A stretch of DNA of 64,000 nt from an uncultured Fibrobacterota bacterium (GCA_963753345.1 CAVWBU010000049.1:64001-128000); one strand, 5' to 3'; shown: positions 30,548 through 41,599, numbered from the stretch's first letter. Numbers and translations: made by a program. Notes: generated by a model not told the origin, from the sequence alone.

Positions 30548-31866
30548 GCAACGACGTTTTCAGAATTCCGCTGTACCTGCCGTCGCAGGCGGCCGCCGAA
30601 ACCGAAGCGACCATCACCAAGTGGAACTTTTCGGCGGGCGATGCGTTCACAAAAGGCCAGATCCTCGGCGAAATCGAGAGCGCCAAGGCCTCGTTCGATT
30701 TCGAGGCGCCCTGCGACGGGACCGTGGTGAGGCTCATTTCAGTCGAGGGCGACACGGTGTCGTTCGAAGAGCCGGTGATGGAAATCGAGACGAGCGACGT
30801 GTCGATGAAAAACGCCATCCCCGCAGCTCAGGCGGCAAAGGCCGCGCCGCCCAGGCCGGCGCCGCGGCCAGCGGCCGCGGCTTCTTTCGCGGACAGCGGG
30901 CGGCAGGTGAGCATCCTGGGTATCGGTGGGTATCTGCCCGACCGTGTGGTTTCCAACAAGGAACTGCTGCGCGAGTTCCCGTCGGTCACCGAAGAGTACA
31001 TTTTCGGGGTCACCGGCATTCGGGAGCGGCGGTGGGCCAGGGACGGCGAGAAACCGTCCGACATGGCCTTTCATGCGTCAAGCGAGGCAATCCGCCGATC
31101 CGGGCTCGACCCGAAGGACATCGGCGGCATCATCGTCTCCACCGAGACGCCCGACATTACCATGCCGTCAACCGCGTGCATCCTGCAGGATATGCTCGGC
31201 CTGCGCGGGATTCCCGCCTTCGACCTCAAGGCCGCATGCTCGGGCTGGCTGTACGGCCTCACCCTGGCCAAGGGCCTCGTGCTTTCGGGCGTGGCCGACG
31301 ACATCCTGGTGACGGGCGTGGAGATGCAGTCGCAGCTCCTTGACAAAACAGACATGGGCACCTACTTCCTCTTCGGCGACGGCGCCGGCGCCGCCGTGGT
31401 GTCGGGCAGGCGGCCCGGCCACGCCATGAAACAGTCTATTCTCAAGGCCGATTCCAAGGGACTGCCGCTTGCAAGGCGGGCGGTTCCGGGCTTCAAGATA
31501 CCCTTGGGCTTGGAGAATCTCAACCCGTGGATACGGCTCGACGGCCATGCGCTGTTCCGCTTCGCCACCGGCGGGTTCGCCGCAATAATCCAGGACGTCA
31601 TTGCCGGCAGCGGCTGGAACCCGGAGGACGTGGGATGGGTGGTGCCTCACCAGGCCAACGCGCGCATCCTCAAGGCGGCGGCGCAGAAATGCGGCGTGCC
31701 GTTCGAGCGGTTCTACATCAACATCGACCGCCTCGGCAACACGTCGAGCGCGAGCATCCCGCTCGCACTGATGGATTTGCAGAAGGACCTCAAGTCAGGT
31801 GACAAACTCGTTTTATGCTCGGTCGGGGCGGGCGTCACCATTGCGGCGCTTACCGTGGAATGGTAG
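30544..31866 (+). CDS. Lipoyl domain fused to beta-ketoacyl-ACP synthase III (FabH-like)
   Basis: Lipoyl domain with EIESAKA lysine motif, Ala/Pro linker, then KAS III with AACSG, FGDGAGA, PHQAN and GNTSSAS. Overlaps the E1 stop (GTGA). Confidence 0.92.
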   Translation: MSNDVFRIPLYLPSQAAAETEATITKWNFSAGDAFTKGQILGEIESAKASFDFEAPCDGTVVRLISVEGDTVSFEEPVMEIETSDVSMKNAIPAAQAAKAAPPRPAPRPAAAASFADSGRQVSILGIGGYLPDRVVSNKELLREFPSVTEEYIFGVTGIRERRWARDGEKPSDMAFHASSEAIRRSGLDPKDIGGIIVSTETPDITMPSTACILQDMLGLRGIPAFDLKAACSGWLYGLTLAKGLVLSGVADDILVTGVEMQSQLLDKTDMGTYFLFGDGAGAAVVSGRRPGHAMKQSILKADSKGLPLARRAVPGFKIPLGLENLNPWIRLDGHALFRFATGGFAAIIQDVIAGSGWNPEDVGWVVPHQANARILKAAAQKCGVPFERFYINIDRLGNTSSASIPLALMDLQKDLKSGDKLVLCSVGAGVTIAALTVEW

Positions 31867-31920
31867 AGTGGGGAAGGGTTTTAGGAGCGACCGGTAACGT
31901 CTAAGCCCATTTCATATTTT

Positions 31921-32013
31921 GTGTGCCACGAGCATCCTTGATCGTGGCGATGGTTCATGGTCTCGTTGAAAATCAAACGGTCAAGAGCACTGTCGTGGAC
32001 GACAGTGGCACAC
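31921..32013. repeat. REP-like element with terminal inverted repeats
   Basis: GTGTGCCAC...GTGGCACAC ends; internal hairpin CACTGTCGT-GG-ACGACAGTG. Confidence 0.6.
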
Positions 32014-32058
32014 GTTCTTTGATTTCTGTTCGCTCAGGCCACCCGTCCGTGTGTTGTT

Positions 32059-33338
32059 CTATCTGACAATATCAACCCTCCTGACCTCGCTTGCGGTTTC
32101 GGACCGCAGGCTGACCCAATACAATCCGCTTGCCGTCGTTCCGTGGTTCCACACGCATTTCCGGAGGCCACTACCAGTCGCACCTTCGAACAGCGTGGCA
32201 ACGTTACGGCCGTCTGCGGTAAACACTTTGATACTTGCCTTTTGCGATACTCCGGCATTGAACAAAACAGTTGTGACCCTGCTCGCGCCATCTTTTTCTA
32301 TTACTAGTTTTTTTGCGGCCTGGGACTGAAATTGTTCGCGATTCTTTTTCAATGCAGCATTTACTTCGGCGAGCGGCCGGCGGTACAGGGTGCCGGACGA
32401 CAGGGTGCCCGACCATACGGTTGCGTAAAGATATGCGGTATCAACGGCAATCGAAACGGTGCTTGTTTCCGGCGACATGCTGATGTCTGTCCAGGAAGCG
32501 CTGTCTTTGGGTGAAGCATACACACCGCTATCAGTCGCCGTGAATAGCGTCGTCTTACTTAGGCACATGTCCTGAACATTGCGATTGATCGTGAAGGAGT
32601 TCCACGTTAGTCCGCTGTCTTTGGAGTATGACAATCCAGAATATCCCCATCCCGATGAAGATCCGGGAGATAGATTATTCACCCAGACGGTTTTCTGATC
32701 AGTAACCATTCTGGTATTGTCAATATAGTTCTTTACCATATTTAGACCGTAGTTCGCCTCCTGCCATGCTAATCCATCGTTACGGAGCGTGAAATGCCGG
32801 CAGAACCTCCAAGCAAGAGAATATTTCCGACAATGCAAGCGGACCAAGGACCGTAGATCGACCCAGACCCCGAAAATAAATCATAATTTGTATTGAGAAT
32901 TTTCCATGTTTGGCCGTTGTCTACAGACAAGAAGTACCTGCTGCTAACGAGTAGAATTCTGTTGTCCTGAACCGAAAGGGCAAAGTATAGGCCGAAGTAC
33001 ACATTATATTCGCGACTCGGGGTGCCGACTACATTCCAACTTGTCCCATGGTCGGTGGAAGCAACCAGACCGGAATCTCCGGTCGCATATATTGTGGTGC
33101 CATTCCCAGCCAAATTGCTGAAAGTCTTCATTCCTACTACATTTTGCCAAGTATTCCCGTTATCTCCTGATCTGAGAACTCCGTTTGTTGTGCTTGCAAA
33201 TACAAAGGAACCTGCAACGGCAACTCTCGTGACTCCTGTATCCGCAATTTGCCAGCCGGCAAAGCTTGTGAATGGGCTGGACAGCACTCCAACAAGGCAC
33301 CCCGCACCAACTACGCGGAAAACCAATTCCTTTTTCAT
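32059..33338 (-). CDS. Secreted BNR/Asp-box beta-propeller protein with C-terminal sorting-type domain (frameshift near 32780)
   Basis: AGGAGG RBS, signal peptide; SGDNGNTW, STDHGTSW, SVDNGQTW and SKDSGLTW Asp-boxes; ASGLYWVSL. Confidence 0.8.
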
Positions 33339-33653
33339 GAAGCACCTCCTGTTTTTAGGGTTCATTCTAGCACAATCAAATTGTTTTTACGGCGTGCAAA
33401 ACATCACTTTCGCTACTGCCAAGTAACAAGATCAGTTTAGTTTCGCTGCTTGTTGTCAAGGAGCGCCCCCAAGAAACACATATTCCACCTACAATATAAT
33501 AATCCCATCCTTTACTTACAAAAACAACCTGTATGTACATTCTTGGTATTACCAGACACCCAAAACCGCCATGGGCTTGAACGGATACAGAATTTTCACT
33601 TCACAACCGCCGCTCCAAGGGTGCGCGCTTGTGTTAATCCATCTCCATATTTT

Positions 33654-33685
33654 CTCCCTCTCCCGTGGGAGAGGGCGGGGTGAGG
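33654..33685 (+). repeat. REP-like palindrome
   Basis: CCCTCTCCC-GT-GGGAGAGGG-CGGGGTGAGG; related copy at 38495. Confidence 0.65.
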
Positions 33686-33838
33686 TTGTTCCGGTCTTGC
33701 CGTAATCCCACCCACGCCGCACCCCGTGAAGCTCCCAAAGGCATTTCAATTTATTGATTATTATTTGTTGCAATCGATTGTCAGGTGGATACTATATCAA
33801 TACAAAAAATTATATATTTTGTTTTGTCAGGTAATCTT

Positions 33839-34546
33839 ATGACCAACGCCGGACACGAAGGACACAGGGCCAGGCTCAGATCGCGTTTTGAGAAAAACGA
33901 ACAAGAGCCGCTTGCCGGATACGCCGACTACGAAATCGTCGAGGTCCTGCTCACCTTTGTAAATGCCCGCAAAGACACCAAGCCGCTCGCCAAGGAACTC
34001 CTCAAGCGATACAAGACCGTGTACGGACTGCTCCACGCCGACCCCGGCGATCTTCTCAAGGTGCCGGGCGTGGGCAGGCGGACGTGCGAATTGCTCGCGC
34101 TGGTGCGGGAGGTGGCGGCGCAGAGCCTGCGCGAAAAACTCGAACGCCAGCCGCTGCATCACCGCAAGGACGTTGAGGAATACCTCAGGTTTCACTTCGG
34201 CGGCAGGGGCGACGAATATGTTGCCGTCATATACCTTGACAACGGCAACAACGTGATCACCACCGAGATCGAGTGCGTGGGCACGGTGAACCAGTGCGTG
34301 GTGTACCCCAGGGACATCATGCAGAGCGCTTTCCGGTGCAAGGCCGCCAAGCTGATCCTGGCGCACAATCATCCCGGCGGCAGCGCGAGCCCCTCGGAAT
34401 CCGACTGGAGCATCACGCAGCGGCTTTTTGAAATATGCAGGCTGCTCGACATAGAGCTGCTCGACCACCTGATTGTCGCGCGCGACACCACCGTGAGCCT
34501 CCGCGAGCTTCCGCGGTGGCCTTCCCCGCCCGGCCGCCCGCTGTGA
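33839..34546 (+). CDS. radC: RadC/UPF0758 JAB-domain protein
   Basis: HEGHRARLR, HhH VPGVG, GTVNQCVVYPR, AHNHPGG...PSESD, LLDHLIV. Confidence 0.93.
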   Translation: MTNAGHEGHRARLRSRFEKNEQEPLAGYADYEIVEVLLTFVNARKDTKPLAKELLKRYKTVYGLLHADPGDLLKVPGVGRRTCELLALVREVAAQSLREKLERQPLHHRKDVEEYLRFHFGGRGDEYVAVIYLDNGNNVITTEIECVGTVNQCVVYPRDIMQSAFRCKAAKLILAHNHPGGSASPSESDWSITQRLFEICRLLDIELLDHLIVARDTTVSLRELPRWPSPPGRPL

Positions 34547-36945
34547 ACCGCATTGCCGCGGCCTTCGCCTGCGCCGCGTGCATGGCCGCCGTCGCCTGCG
34601 CCGGAACGATCCGCGGAACCGTGACGAGCGCGCAGTCGGGCAAGGCGCTATCCGGCGCCGTGGTGACCATTGCCGGCTCACGGCGGTCCGCACAAACAGA
34701 CAGCGCGGGTTGCTACAGGTTCGATTCGCTCCCTTCCGCCGCCTACACTCTCCGTTTCTCGCGCGGCGGCTACGATTCCCTTGTTGTAAATGATGTCTAC
34801 GTGTCGGGCGACGCCGAAAAACGCTGCGACGCGGAGCTTTCGCCCCGCAGCGCACGGGTCGACCGCATGGTGGTGCGCGGCACGTCGTTCCGCCGGCCGC
34901 CCGACATGACGTCGTCGACCAAGGTGATTTCGGCCGACGAGCTCCTGCGCGCGCCGGGCGCGCTCGAAGACGTTCAGCGCGTGGTGACCATGCTGCCGAG
35001 CGTGACCTCGGGCGGCGACAACACCAACGAGATCGTGGTTCGCGGCGGCGTGCCGGGCGAAAACCTGTTTCTGCTTGACAACATAGAAATACCCAACCTC
35101 AACCAGTTCGCGCAGGAGGGGACGGGCGGCGGCGTGATCTCCCTTGTAAACCAACTTCTTGTCAAGGGACTCACCTTCAACGCGGGAGCGCCGCCTGCCC
35201 AGTACGGCGGCACGGCATCCAGTGTTCTGGACGTCAAGATGCGCGACGGCAACGGCGATATCGTGCTCGGCGGCGTGGACCTGGGGGTTGCAGGCGCGGG
35301 CGTGCATGTGGAAGGCCCGCTTTTTTCCAAGCAGGCGAACTTCATGTTCTCGGCCACCAAGAGCTACCTCGATTTCGCCGCGCACACGATGTTCAACAAC
35401 CAGGCGGCGGCCATTCCCGAGTACTGGGGGCTGGAAACAAGGGTGGCGCACAACACCGCCGACCACAGGATTTACGCCGATGCAGTGTACGGCAACAGCG
35501 GGATCACCATCGATTCCTCGGACGTCCTTTACGGAACGCGCGGCTCGACCATTGCGTCGGGCGGGAATGTGTACGCGGGCGGCATCACGTGGGAACAGTT
35601 CGTGACGAAAAGGCTTTCCACGAGCGTTACCGTGTCGGCCGTGGGCAACACGTTCGACCGGCTCGAATACACGGGGGCCGACACCTTCTTCAAGAACGCG
35701 TCGATAGAGCAGGAGCAGGAATGCAAGGCGCAGGCGTCGCTGGAGTTCGACAACGCAGACAGGCTCCTGATAGGAGCGTTTGTCAAGAGGGCCGATTTCA
35801 GTATCAACATATGGGGAAAGCCCGATACCCTTAAGCGGTACAGCGGCCCTGCCGACACCGAGGGCGTCATCGTGCTCGACAGCGCGGGCGGGCCGGTTGC
35901 CTGGCAGCAGTCGGTTGCGGAGCGCGATGTGGGATACAAGTACGGCGGGTTCGTGTCGGGCATTATACGTCCCGCCGACCGCGTGCGCGTGGTGCCGGGA
36001 ATCCGGCTTGATGCATTTTCCATCACGCACAGCCTGTGCCTGTCCCCGCGTCTGAGCGCCGCATGGGCGATACTGCCCGAGCTCGAGGCCACCTGCGCGC
36101 TCGGGGTGCAGTACCAGGACCCGGACTACGCGGCGCTGGCCGCGTCGGCGCTCAACAAGAAGCTGTCACCCAAGAAGGCGGAGACCGCCGTCGCCGGGCT
36201 GGAATATCAGTTCGCACAGTCCGGAATCAAGTGCATCGCCGAGGCGTTTTACAAACGCTACACCGGCCTGCCGGTCGATTCGGCGCTCCTGCGGACGCGC
36301 ACCAGTGCCGTGGACACGTTCGTCCCGTCATACAATCTTCTTTCAATCGGGCAGGGGAAAAGCTACGGCCTGGAACTGTTCGCGCAGAAAATGCTCACCA
36401 AAGAATTCTCGTGGAGCGCGGCGTATTCGCTGTCGAAATCGGAAGACGCCGACCCGCGTCCCGGCCATGAGGGACAATGGTACCGCGCCGATTTCGATTT
36501 CATCAATTCGCTCACCCTCACCGGCGGCTGGAAAAAGGAGTTGCTCGGGTACGGCTGGTACAAATCACTGCACAATCACCTGTGGTTCAAGATCCTTTCG
36601 CCCGTCATGCCCATCGCCGACCGCAACGAGATTTCTGCCAAGTGGCGCTATCTCGGGCCGCGGCCGCACACCTCGCCGGTGTACGATTCGACCATGCGCC
36701 GGTGGTTCGTAGACAACACGGCGCCGCTGAACAACGACGTATACGGAGAGTACCACACGCTCGACATCCGGTGGGAACGCAGATTTGGCTTTGGTTTTCT
36801 GCAGATGATGTACTATTTTGATTTACAAAATGTGTACAATCGGAAGAACATCTGGACAAAGCTCTACACCGACGGGAGCCCGGACCCCGCGAGTGTCTAC
36901 CAGCTGTCGTTCTTTCCGGCGGGAGGTATCATAATTGGTTTTTAG
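34543..36945 (+). CDS. TonB-dependent outer membrane receptor
   Basis: Carboxypeptidase-regulatory N-domain, plug (VVRGGVPGENLFLLDNIEI...PAQYGG..SSVLDV), barrel ending in F. Confidence 0.9.
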   Translation: MNRIAAAFACAACMAAVACAGTIRGTVTSAQSGKALSGAVVTIAGSRRSAQTDSAGCYRFDSLPSAAYTLRFSRGGYDSLVVNDVYVSGDAEKRCDAELSPRSARVDRMVVRGTSFRRPPDMTSSTKVISADELLRAPGALEDVQRVVTMLPSVTSGGDNTNEIVVRGGVPGENLFLLDNIEIPNLNQFAQEGTGGGVISLVNQLLVKGLTFNAGAPPAQYGGTASSVLDVKMRDGNGDIVLGGVDLGVAGAGVHVEGPLFSKQANFMFSATKSYLDFAAHTMFNNQAAAIPEYWGLETRVAHNTADHRIYADAVYGNSGITIDSSDVLYGTRGSTIASGGNVYAGGITWEQFVTKRLSTSVTVSAVGNTFDRLEYTGADTFFKNASIEQEQECKAQASLEFDNADRLLIGAFVKRADFSINIWGKPDTLKRYSGPADTEGVIVLDSAGGPVAWQQSVAERDVGYKYGGFVSGIIRPADRVRVVPGIRLDAFSITHSLCLSPRLSAAWAILPELEATCALGVQYQDPDYAALAASALNKKLSPKKAETAVAGLEYQFAQSGIKCIAEAFYKRYTGLPVDSALLRTRTSAVDTFVPSYNLLSIGQGKSYGLELFAQKMLTKEFSWSAAYSLSKSEDADPRPGHEGQWYRADFDFINSLTLTGGWKKELLGYGWYKSLHNHLWFKILSPVMPIADRNEISAKWRYLGPRPHTSPVYDSTMRRWFVDNTAPLNNDVYGEYHTLDIRWERRFGFGFLQMMYYFDLQNVYNRKNIWTKLYTDGSPDPASVYQLSFFPAGGIIIGF

Positions 36946-38227
36946 ACCCGAGCTCTCGTGGGAATTTCTGTCGGCCGACGAAATAGAGGCGCGCTCGGTG
37001 CGCGGGGTGCGCAACCATGTCCGGCATGTCAAGGAAGTGTCGCCGCATTACCAGAACGCGCTGTTCGACGTGTTTCCCGAGGACATCAAGACGGCCGACG
37101 ACATCCGCAAGCTGCCGTTCACCGAAAAATCGGAGCTGGTGGAAGACACCGCCATGTTCCTCGGCGTGGTGCCGGAGCAGGTGGTGGAAACCGTGGTGAC
37201 GAGCGGTTCCACCGGAAAGCCTCTGGTGTTCTCGATGACGGCCAACGACATCGACCGGCTCGCCTTCAACGAAGCCCTTTCGTTCCATGCCGCAGGTGTG
37301 ACCCCGCAGGACCGGGCGCAGGTGCTCGTGTCGCTCGACAGGCTGTTCATCGCGGGCATGGCGTACTACCGCGGGCTCACGCTCCTGGGCGTCAACACGG
37401 CGCGCATCGGCGTTCTGCCCTTCGACATGCAGAAGCATTACATCGACCTTCTCAAACCCACGGTCGTGGTGGGCGTGCCGTCGTTTCTGCTCAAGCTGGC
37501 CAGGGAACTGGGCAAACTTTCCTTTGACCCGAAAAACGCCTCCATCCGGAAAATCTTCTGCATCGGCGAAAGCATCCGCGGCCAGGACATGGAGCTCAAC
37601 GTGGTGGGCAAGGCGCTCGAGGAGCTTTACAATGCGAAAGTGTATTCCACGTACGCGTCCACCGAGCTTTCCTGCGCGTACTGCGAGTGCGCGTCGCAGT
37701 ACGGCGGGCACGGCCACCCGGAGCTCGTGTACACCGAAATCATCGACGAAAACGGAAAGCCCGCAGCCGACGGCCAGCCCGGTGAGCTCGTCGCCACGCC
37801 GCTCGGCGTCGAGGGCGTGCCGCTCGTGCGCTACAGAACCGGCGACATCACGTTCAAACTCCCGGGAACGTGCGCCTGCGGCCGCAACTCGCTCCGCGTG
37901 GGCCCGATTCTTGCCCGTAAAGGGCACATGATAAAGCTCAAGGGCACCACCGTATACCCGCTCGCCATCACCAACGTGCTCGATTCGCTCGACGGCATCG
38001 ACGACTACATCATCGTCATCGAGGACGACGAGTCGCTCTCGGACCGCGTGGCGATCCATGCCGCCACCATGCCGTCGAACCTGGTTAACATCGGAAACCA
38101 ATTACGCGCGCAGGCGCGGGTGCAGATCCCGGTGCTCGTTTCCAACACGGCCACCATCCAGCATTTTAGGGGACAGTGTGCGAAGAAGGTGCGGGTGGTT
38201 GATAAGAGGAAGAGGAGAGCAGGATAG
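36935..38227 (+). CDS. Phenylacetate-CoA ligase (PaaK)-family aryl-CoA ligase
   Basis: LPFTEK, TSGSTGKP, YASTE, PLVRYRTGD, CACGR, GTTVYP; GGAGG RBS and TTG start. Confidence 0.9.
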   Translation: MVFRPELSWEFLSADEIEARSVRGVRNHVRHVKEVSPHYQNALFDVFPEDIKTADDIRKLPFTEKSELVEDTAMFLGVVPEQVVETVVTSGSTGKPLVFSMTANDIDRLAFNEALSFHAAGVTPQDRAQVLVSLDRLFIAGMAYYRGLTLLGVNTARIGVLPFDMQKHYIDLLKPTVVVGVPSFLLKLARELGKLSFDPKNASIRKIFCIGESIRGQDMELNVVGKALEELYNAKVYSTYASTELSCAYCECASQYGGHGHPELVYTEIIDENGKPAADGQPGELVATPLGVEGVPLVRYRTGDITFKLPGTCACGRNSLRVGPILARKGHMIKLKGTTVYPLAITNVLDSLDGIDDYIIVIEDDESLSDRVAIHAATMPSNLVNIGNQLRAQARVQIPVLVSNTATIQHFRGQCAKKVRVVDKRKRRAG

Positions 38228-38243
38228 TAATACATTTCTTGGT

Positions 38244-38387
38244 GGGGGAAGGCTCCCCCTCGCTGCGGCCCGGCGCTCATACTTTCAAAGTTCAGGTAAT
38301 TCCGCGCCGGTCCTCCGCTACCCCCTCCTGGGTGGCCGCCTTGACAAAGTAGCTGCAAAACATGCATCGCTGCGGCGGCACCCAGGA
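38244..38387 (+). repeat. Family-1 repeat, copy C
   Basis: GGGGAAGGCTCCCC, CCGGCGC...GCGCCGG, TACCCCCTCCTGGGTGGCCGCC...GGCGGCACCCAGG. Confidence 0.9.
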
Positions 38388-38494
38388 GCTATAGTTGAAA
38401 AGAAGTCGGGTTGTGCGTTTGCTTTGTCAATTCTTTTCTGCAGCGGTACCACGAGATAACTGTTGACGGATGATAGGATGATGTTTTATTTTGG

Positions 38495-38539
38495 CTCCCC
38501 TCTCCAATCGGAGAGGGACGCCCAAAGGGCGGGGTGAGG
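38495..38539 (+). repeat. REP-like palindrome
   Basis: CCCTCTCC-AATC-GGAGAGGG-A-CGCCC-AAA-GGGCG-GGGTGAGG. Confidence 0.6.
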
Positions 38540-38592
38540 TCGGACGATTCGAAGAAACATAACCCTTCGGCTGAATATTTTTCCTTTGACGC

Positions 38593-38627
38593 TTTCAACT
38601 TCCAACTTTTAACCTTCAACTCTCAAC
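38593..38627. repeat. Degenerate heptamer tandem repeat (NNYCAAC)x5
   Basis: tttcaac ttccaac ttttaac cttcaac tctcaac. Confidence 0.7.
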
Positions 38628-38639
38628 GCTATTTCCCTC

Positions 38640-39835
38640 ATGCAACAACCGGAAAAATCATTGGACAATAAAGCCCCCCGCGTCATCGCCATCATCCCCA
38701 CCTACAACAACGCGGGCACCATCGAATCAGTCATATCGGAAACAAACAAATATCTGCCGGACGTTATTGTTGTCAACGACGGCTCAACGGACGATACGAA
38801 GAATATCCTGCAATCAATCAATGCCTCAAACAGCAGAATCATCATTGTCAATCTTGAGGAGAACAAAGGCAAGGGCTGCCGCATTGCGTGCGGGATTTGA
38901 AAAGGCCCAATGCGCTCGGCTTTACGCACGCGATAACGCTTGACGCTGACGGCCAGCATTATCCGAGCGACATTCCGGTGTTCCTGGAGAAAATCGCGGA
39001 CGATCCGGCAGCGCTGTGGATCGGCAGCAGGGTGCTTGTCAGGGAGGAAACAGGGGAGCCGGCGCGGTCGGCGGCCGGCCGCAGGTTCGGGTCGTTCTGG
39101 TACAAATTCATCACCGGCATTGACATTCGCGACACGCAGTGCGGGTTCCGGGCATATCCGCTTTCCGCGGCGCTCAATCTCAAATGCGAGGGTGACCGGT
39201 ACGAATTCGAGCAGGAGCTGCTTGTCAAGGCCGCATGGAACGGAATCCCGGTGAAGCCCGTTCCGGTCCATCTGTACTATGCTCCCCAAGACGCCGCGGT
39301 GTCGCATTTCCGGCCCGTGCGCGATTTTCTGCTGATTTTCCGGGTGAATTCCAGGGCAGTGATGATCAGGCTGTTTGTTCCCATGTCCATCGTCACGATG
39401 CCGGGTGCAACGTGGCCGCAGAAAATGGCCGCGCTCCTCAGGCACGAATTGCAGGCGCATTCCACGCCGAAGCGCGCCGCATCGTCGCTCTCAATCGGGG
39501 TATGCATGGGTATCCTGCCGATCTACGGATTCCAGGTGCTCACGCTCGTGCCGCTCTCGATAGCGCTGCGGCTCAACAGGCCGCTGGCATTCCTCGGCGT
39601 GAGCATATCCTCGCTGCCGTTTCTGCCGTTCATCATCGCGGCGGCGGTCGCGATTGGAAAGCTGGTGGTGCCCCGGGCGTGGAGCGCAGGGTTTGCGCAC
39701 AGCAGGTTCGCTCCGCTCATTTCAGGCGGGATCGACTGGTTTTTCGGGAGCATTATACTTGCGTTCGCGGCGGGGGGAATATGCTGGTTGGTGAGCTATG
39801 CGGCGTTCAAGGGCATGCGCAAGGAGAGAAAGTGA
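38640..39835 (+). CDS. GT2 glycosyltransferase with C-terminal DUF2062 (frameshifts near 38880-38910)
   Basis: IIPTYNN, VNDGSTD, NKGKG, DADGQH, DTQCGFRAYP, SHFRPVRDF; hydrophobic C-terminus GILPIYGFQ. Confidence 0.85.
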
Positions 39836-39976
39836 TGAAACGCTCCGGAGCACAGTTTCCATCGCATGATGAGATGTATCATAAAATCTTTCCTGCTTGA
39901 CAAGGACAACGTCAGTCCTTATATTATCTTCCAGTCTGCTTTTCCTTTCCAGTCACTTTCGATAGAGGAGTTCTTC

Positions 39977-41468
39977 ATGAAACACCTCGCTGGTGTGCGT
40001 TTTGTCATGATGATCCTGCTTGCCGCATTCACCGCGGTTCCCGCGTCATCCTTTGCAAAGTCCAGCCGGCCGGCTGCGATGCAAACGCCGGTTCCGCATT
40101 TCTTCAAATCGTTTATGCGCAACTATGGCGCCCATGAAAAACATTTCCGGTCTTTCTGAGGGGAGAACTCTTGGCAAGAGGGTTGCGGCCCAGGCCCTTG
40201 CATGGAAGCAGATCGGGTCGATACAGTACAATAATTCCAATTACAGCAGCATCGGCGCGCCGGTATGGGAATTGTCGAGCCGCGATACCACCGAGTACGA
40301 TGCCGACGGAAACGTGGTCCTTGATAAGACATCAAGCGCAAATTCAGGATGGAATACCGACAGCCTTACCTACATTGACTCGATGGTCTATTCAGGAGGA
40401 AAGCTGACCGAAGTGTTCTATTATTATAATTTCATGCTTGGCAGCGGAAGTTCCGTCACAAAGTCCTACTATGCCATTTCTTACCTCGCTGGTGGAAAAG
40501 TGCTGCTTGAAATAGGGTATACGTGGAACGATACGAAAAAAAACTGGGCACCATACTTCAAAGACTCGATCATTTATTCCAGTGCTCCAATTCCCCAAAC
40601 GAATACCTTTGAAGCTACCAATCTTTTGGCGTACTATCAGTCCCGGTTCGACACCATCTCCGGGTTGTGGAAAAGCGCGGGATATATGCAAAGGGTGGAT
40701 GCGGAGTGCAATGCCTATACGCTTTCGCTGCAAGGGAAAACACCGCCCGAATACGGACCAGTGGACAGCCTTGTCGACGAGAAGTTCATTATGACTTTTA
40801 ATTCCACGGTCTGGACCCCCAACACCACGGTCCAGGAACGGGACCAGCTGCTCGACCCGAAGACCAAGACGTTTTACGATTGCTACAAGTATGTCTATAC
40901 CTATAACACCGCGGGCTTTGAAACCGGCTATCAATACTTTACCTTCGATTCGTCGGCAGGAGCGCTTTTCTGCTCCTACAGAAATCTATACTATCCGGAT
41001 TCCCACGGCAACGATACGCTGGAGGTCGATTACTACTATACTTCGGGGGTCGTCTCGGATTCGTCTTTTTACCGGTACGCGCGCACGTACGATGCCTACG
41101 GCAACAACACCCAGGTTATTGAGTCTTACTTTGATTCCTATACCGATGCTTGGATTCTTTCATCCAAGACGATAAATCTCTTTGCTCAGATCAACTCGTC
41201 GGTGATTTCACTGAAGCAATTCGAGTCGAAGCGGAATATTTCAGTCACCAAGAACAGCGGCCGGCTATGTTTTTCAGGCCCGAACATTACCTGTCTCATG
41301 CTGTACAATGCATCGGGAAGGCTCTTGGCTTCCGTCAAGCAGAAGGAGGCATCGTCACTCGTGCTTGACCTGCCGGGGCAAAAAGCGCGGCTGGTTGCGG
41401 GCGTGTATGTTGCAAGGCTTTTGTATGACGGGAAAGAGACTTCAATACCATTGACAATAGGGCGATAG
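39977..41468 (+). CDS. Secreted Tyr/Thr-rich protein with C-terminal sorting-type domain (frameshift near 40130)
   Basis: GAGGAG RBS, signal peptide ending SFA; YDADGN/YDAYGN-type repeats; LYNASGRLL...AGVYVARL. Confidence 0.75.
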
Positions 41469-41558
41469 GCGGTTTTGATTTCTTCGGAACACAGGCTGGG
41501 TCTGCGCTGAGGGGTTAGTCGGGGGGCAGATATCCTACCTTCTGTGTTTTTGCCTTCT

Positions 41559-41593
41559 TTTCAACTGTCAACGGTCAACCGTCAACTTTCAAC
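41559..41593. repeat. Heptamer tandem repeat (NNTCAAC)x5
   Basis: tttcaac tgtcaac ggtcaac cgtcaac tttcaac. Confidence 0.75.
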
Positions 41594-41599
41594 TATTTC

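Noticed and set aside
33839-34546. radC as a marker of a mobile element
   Set aside because: It is the full-length chromosomal type with HhH region, translationally coupled to a TonB receptor, with no mobility genes nearby.
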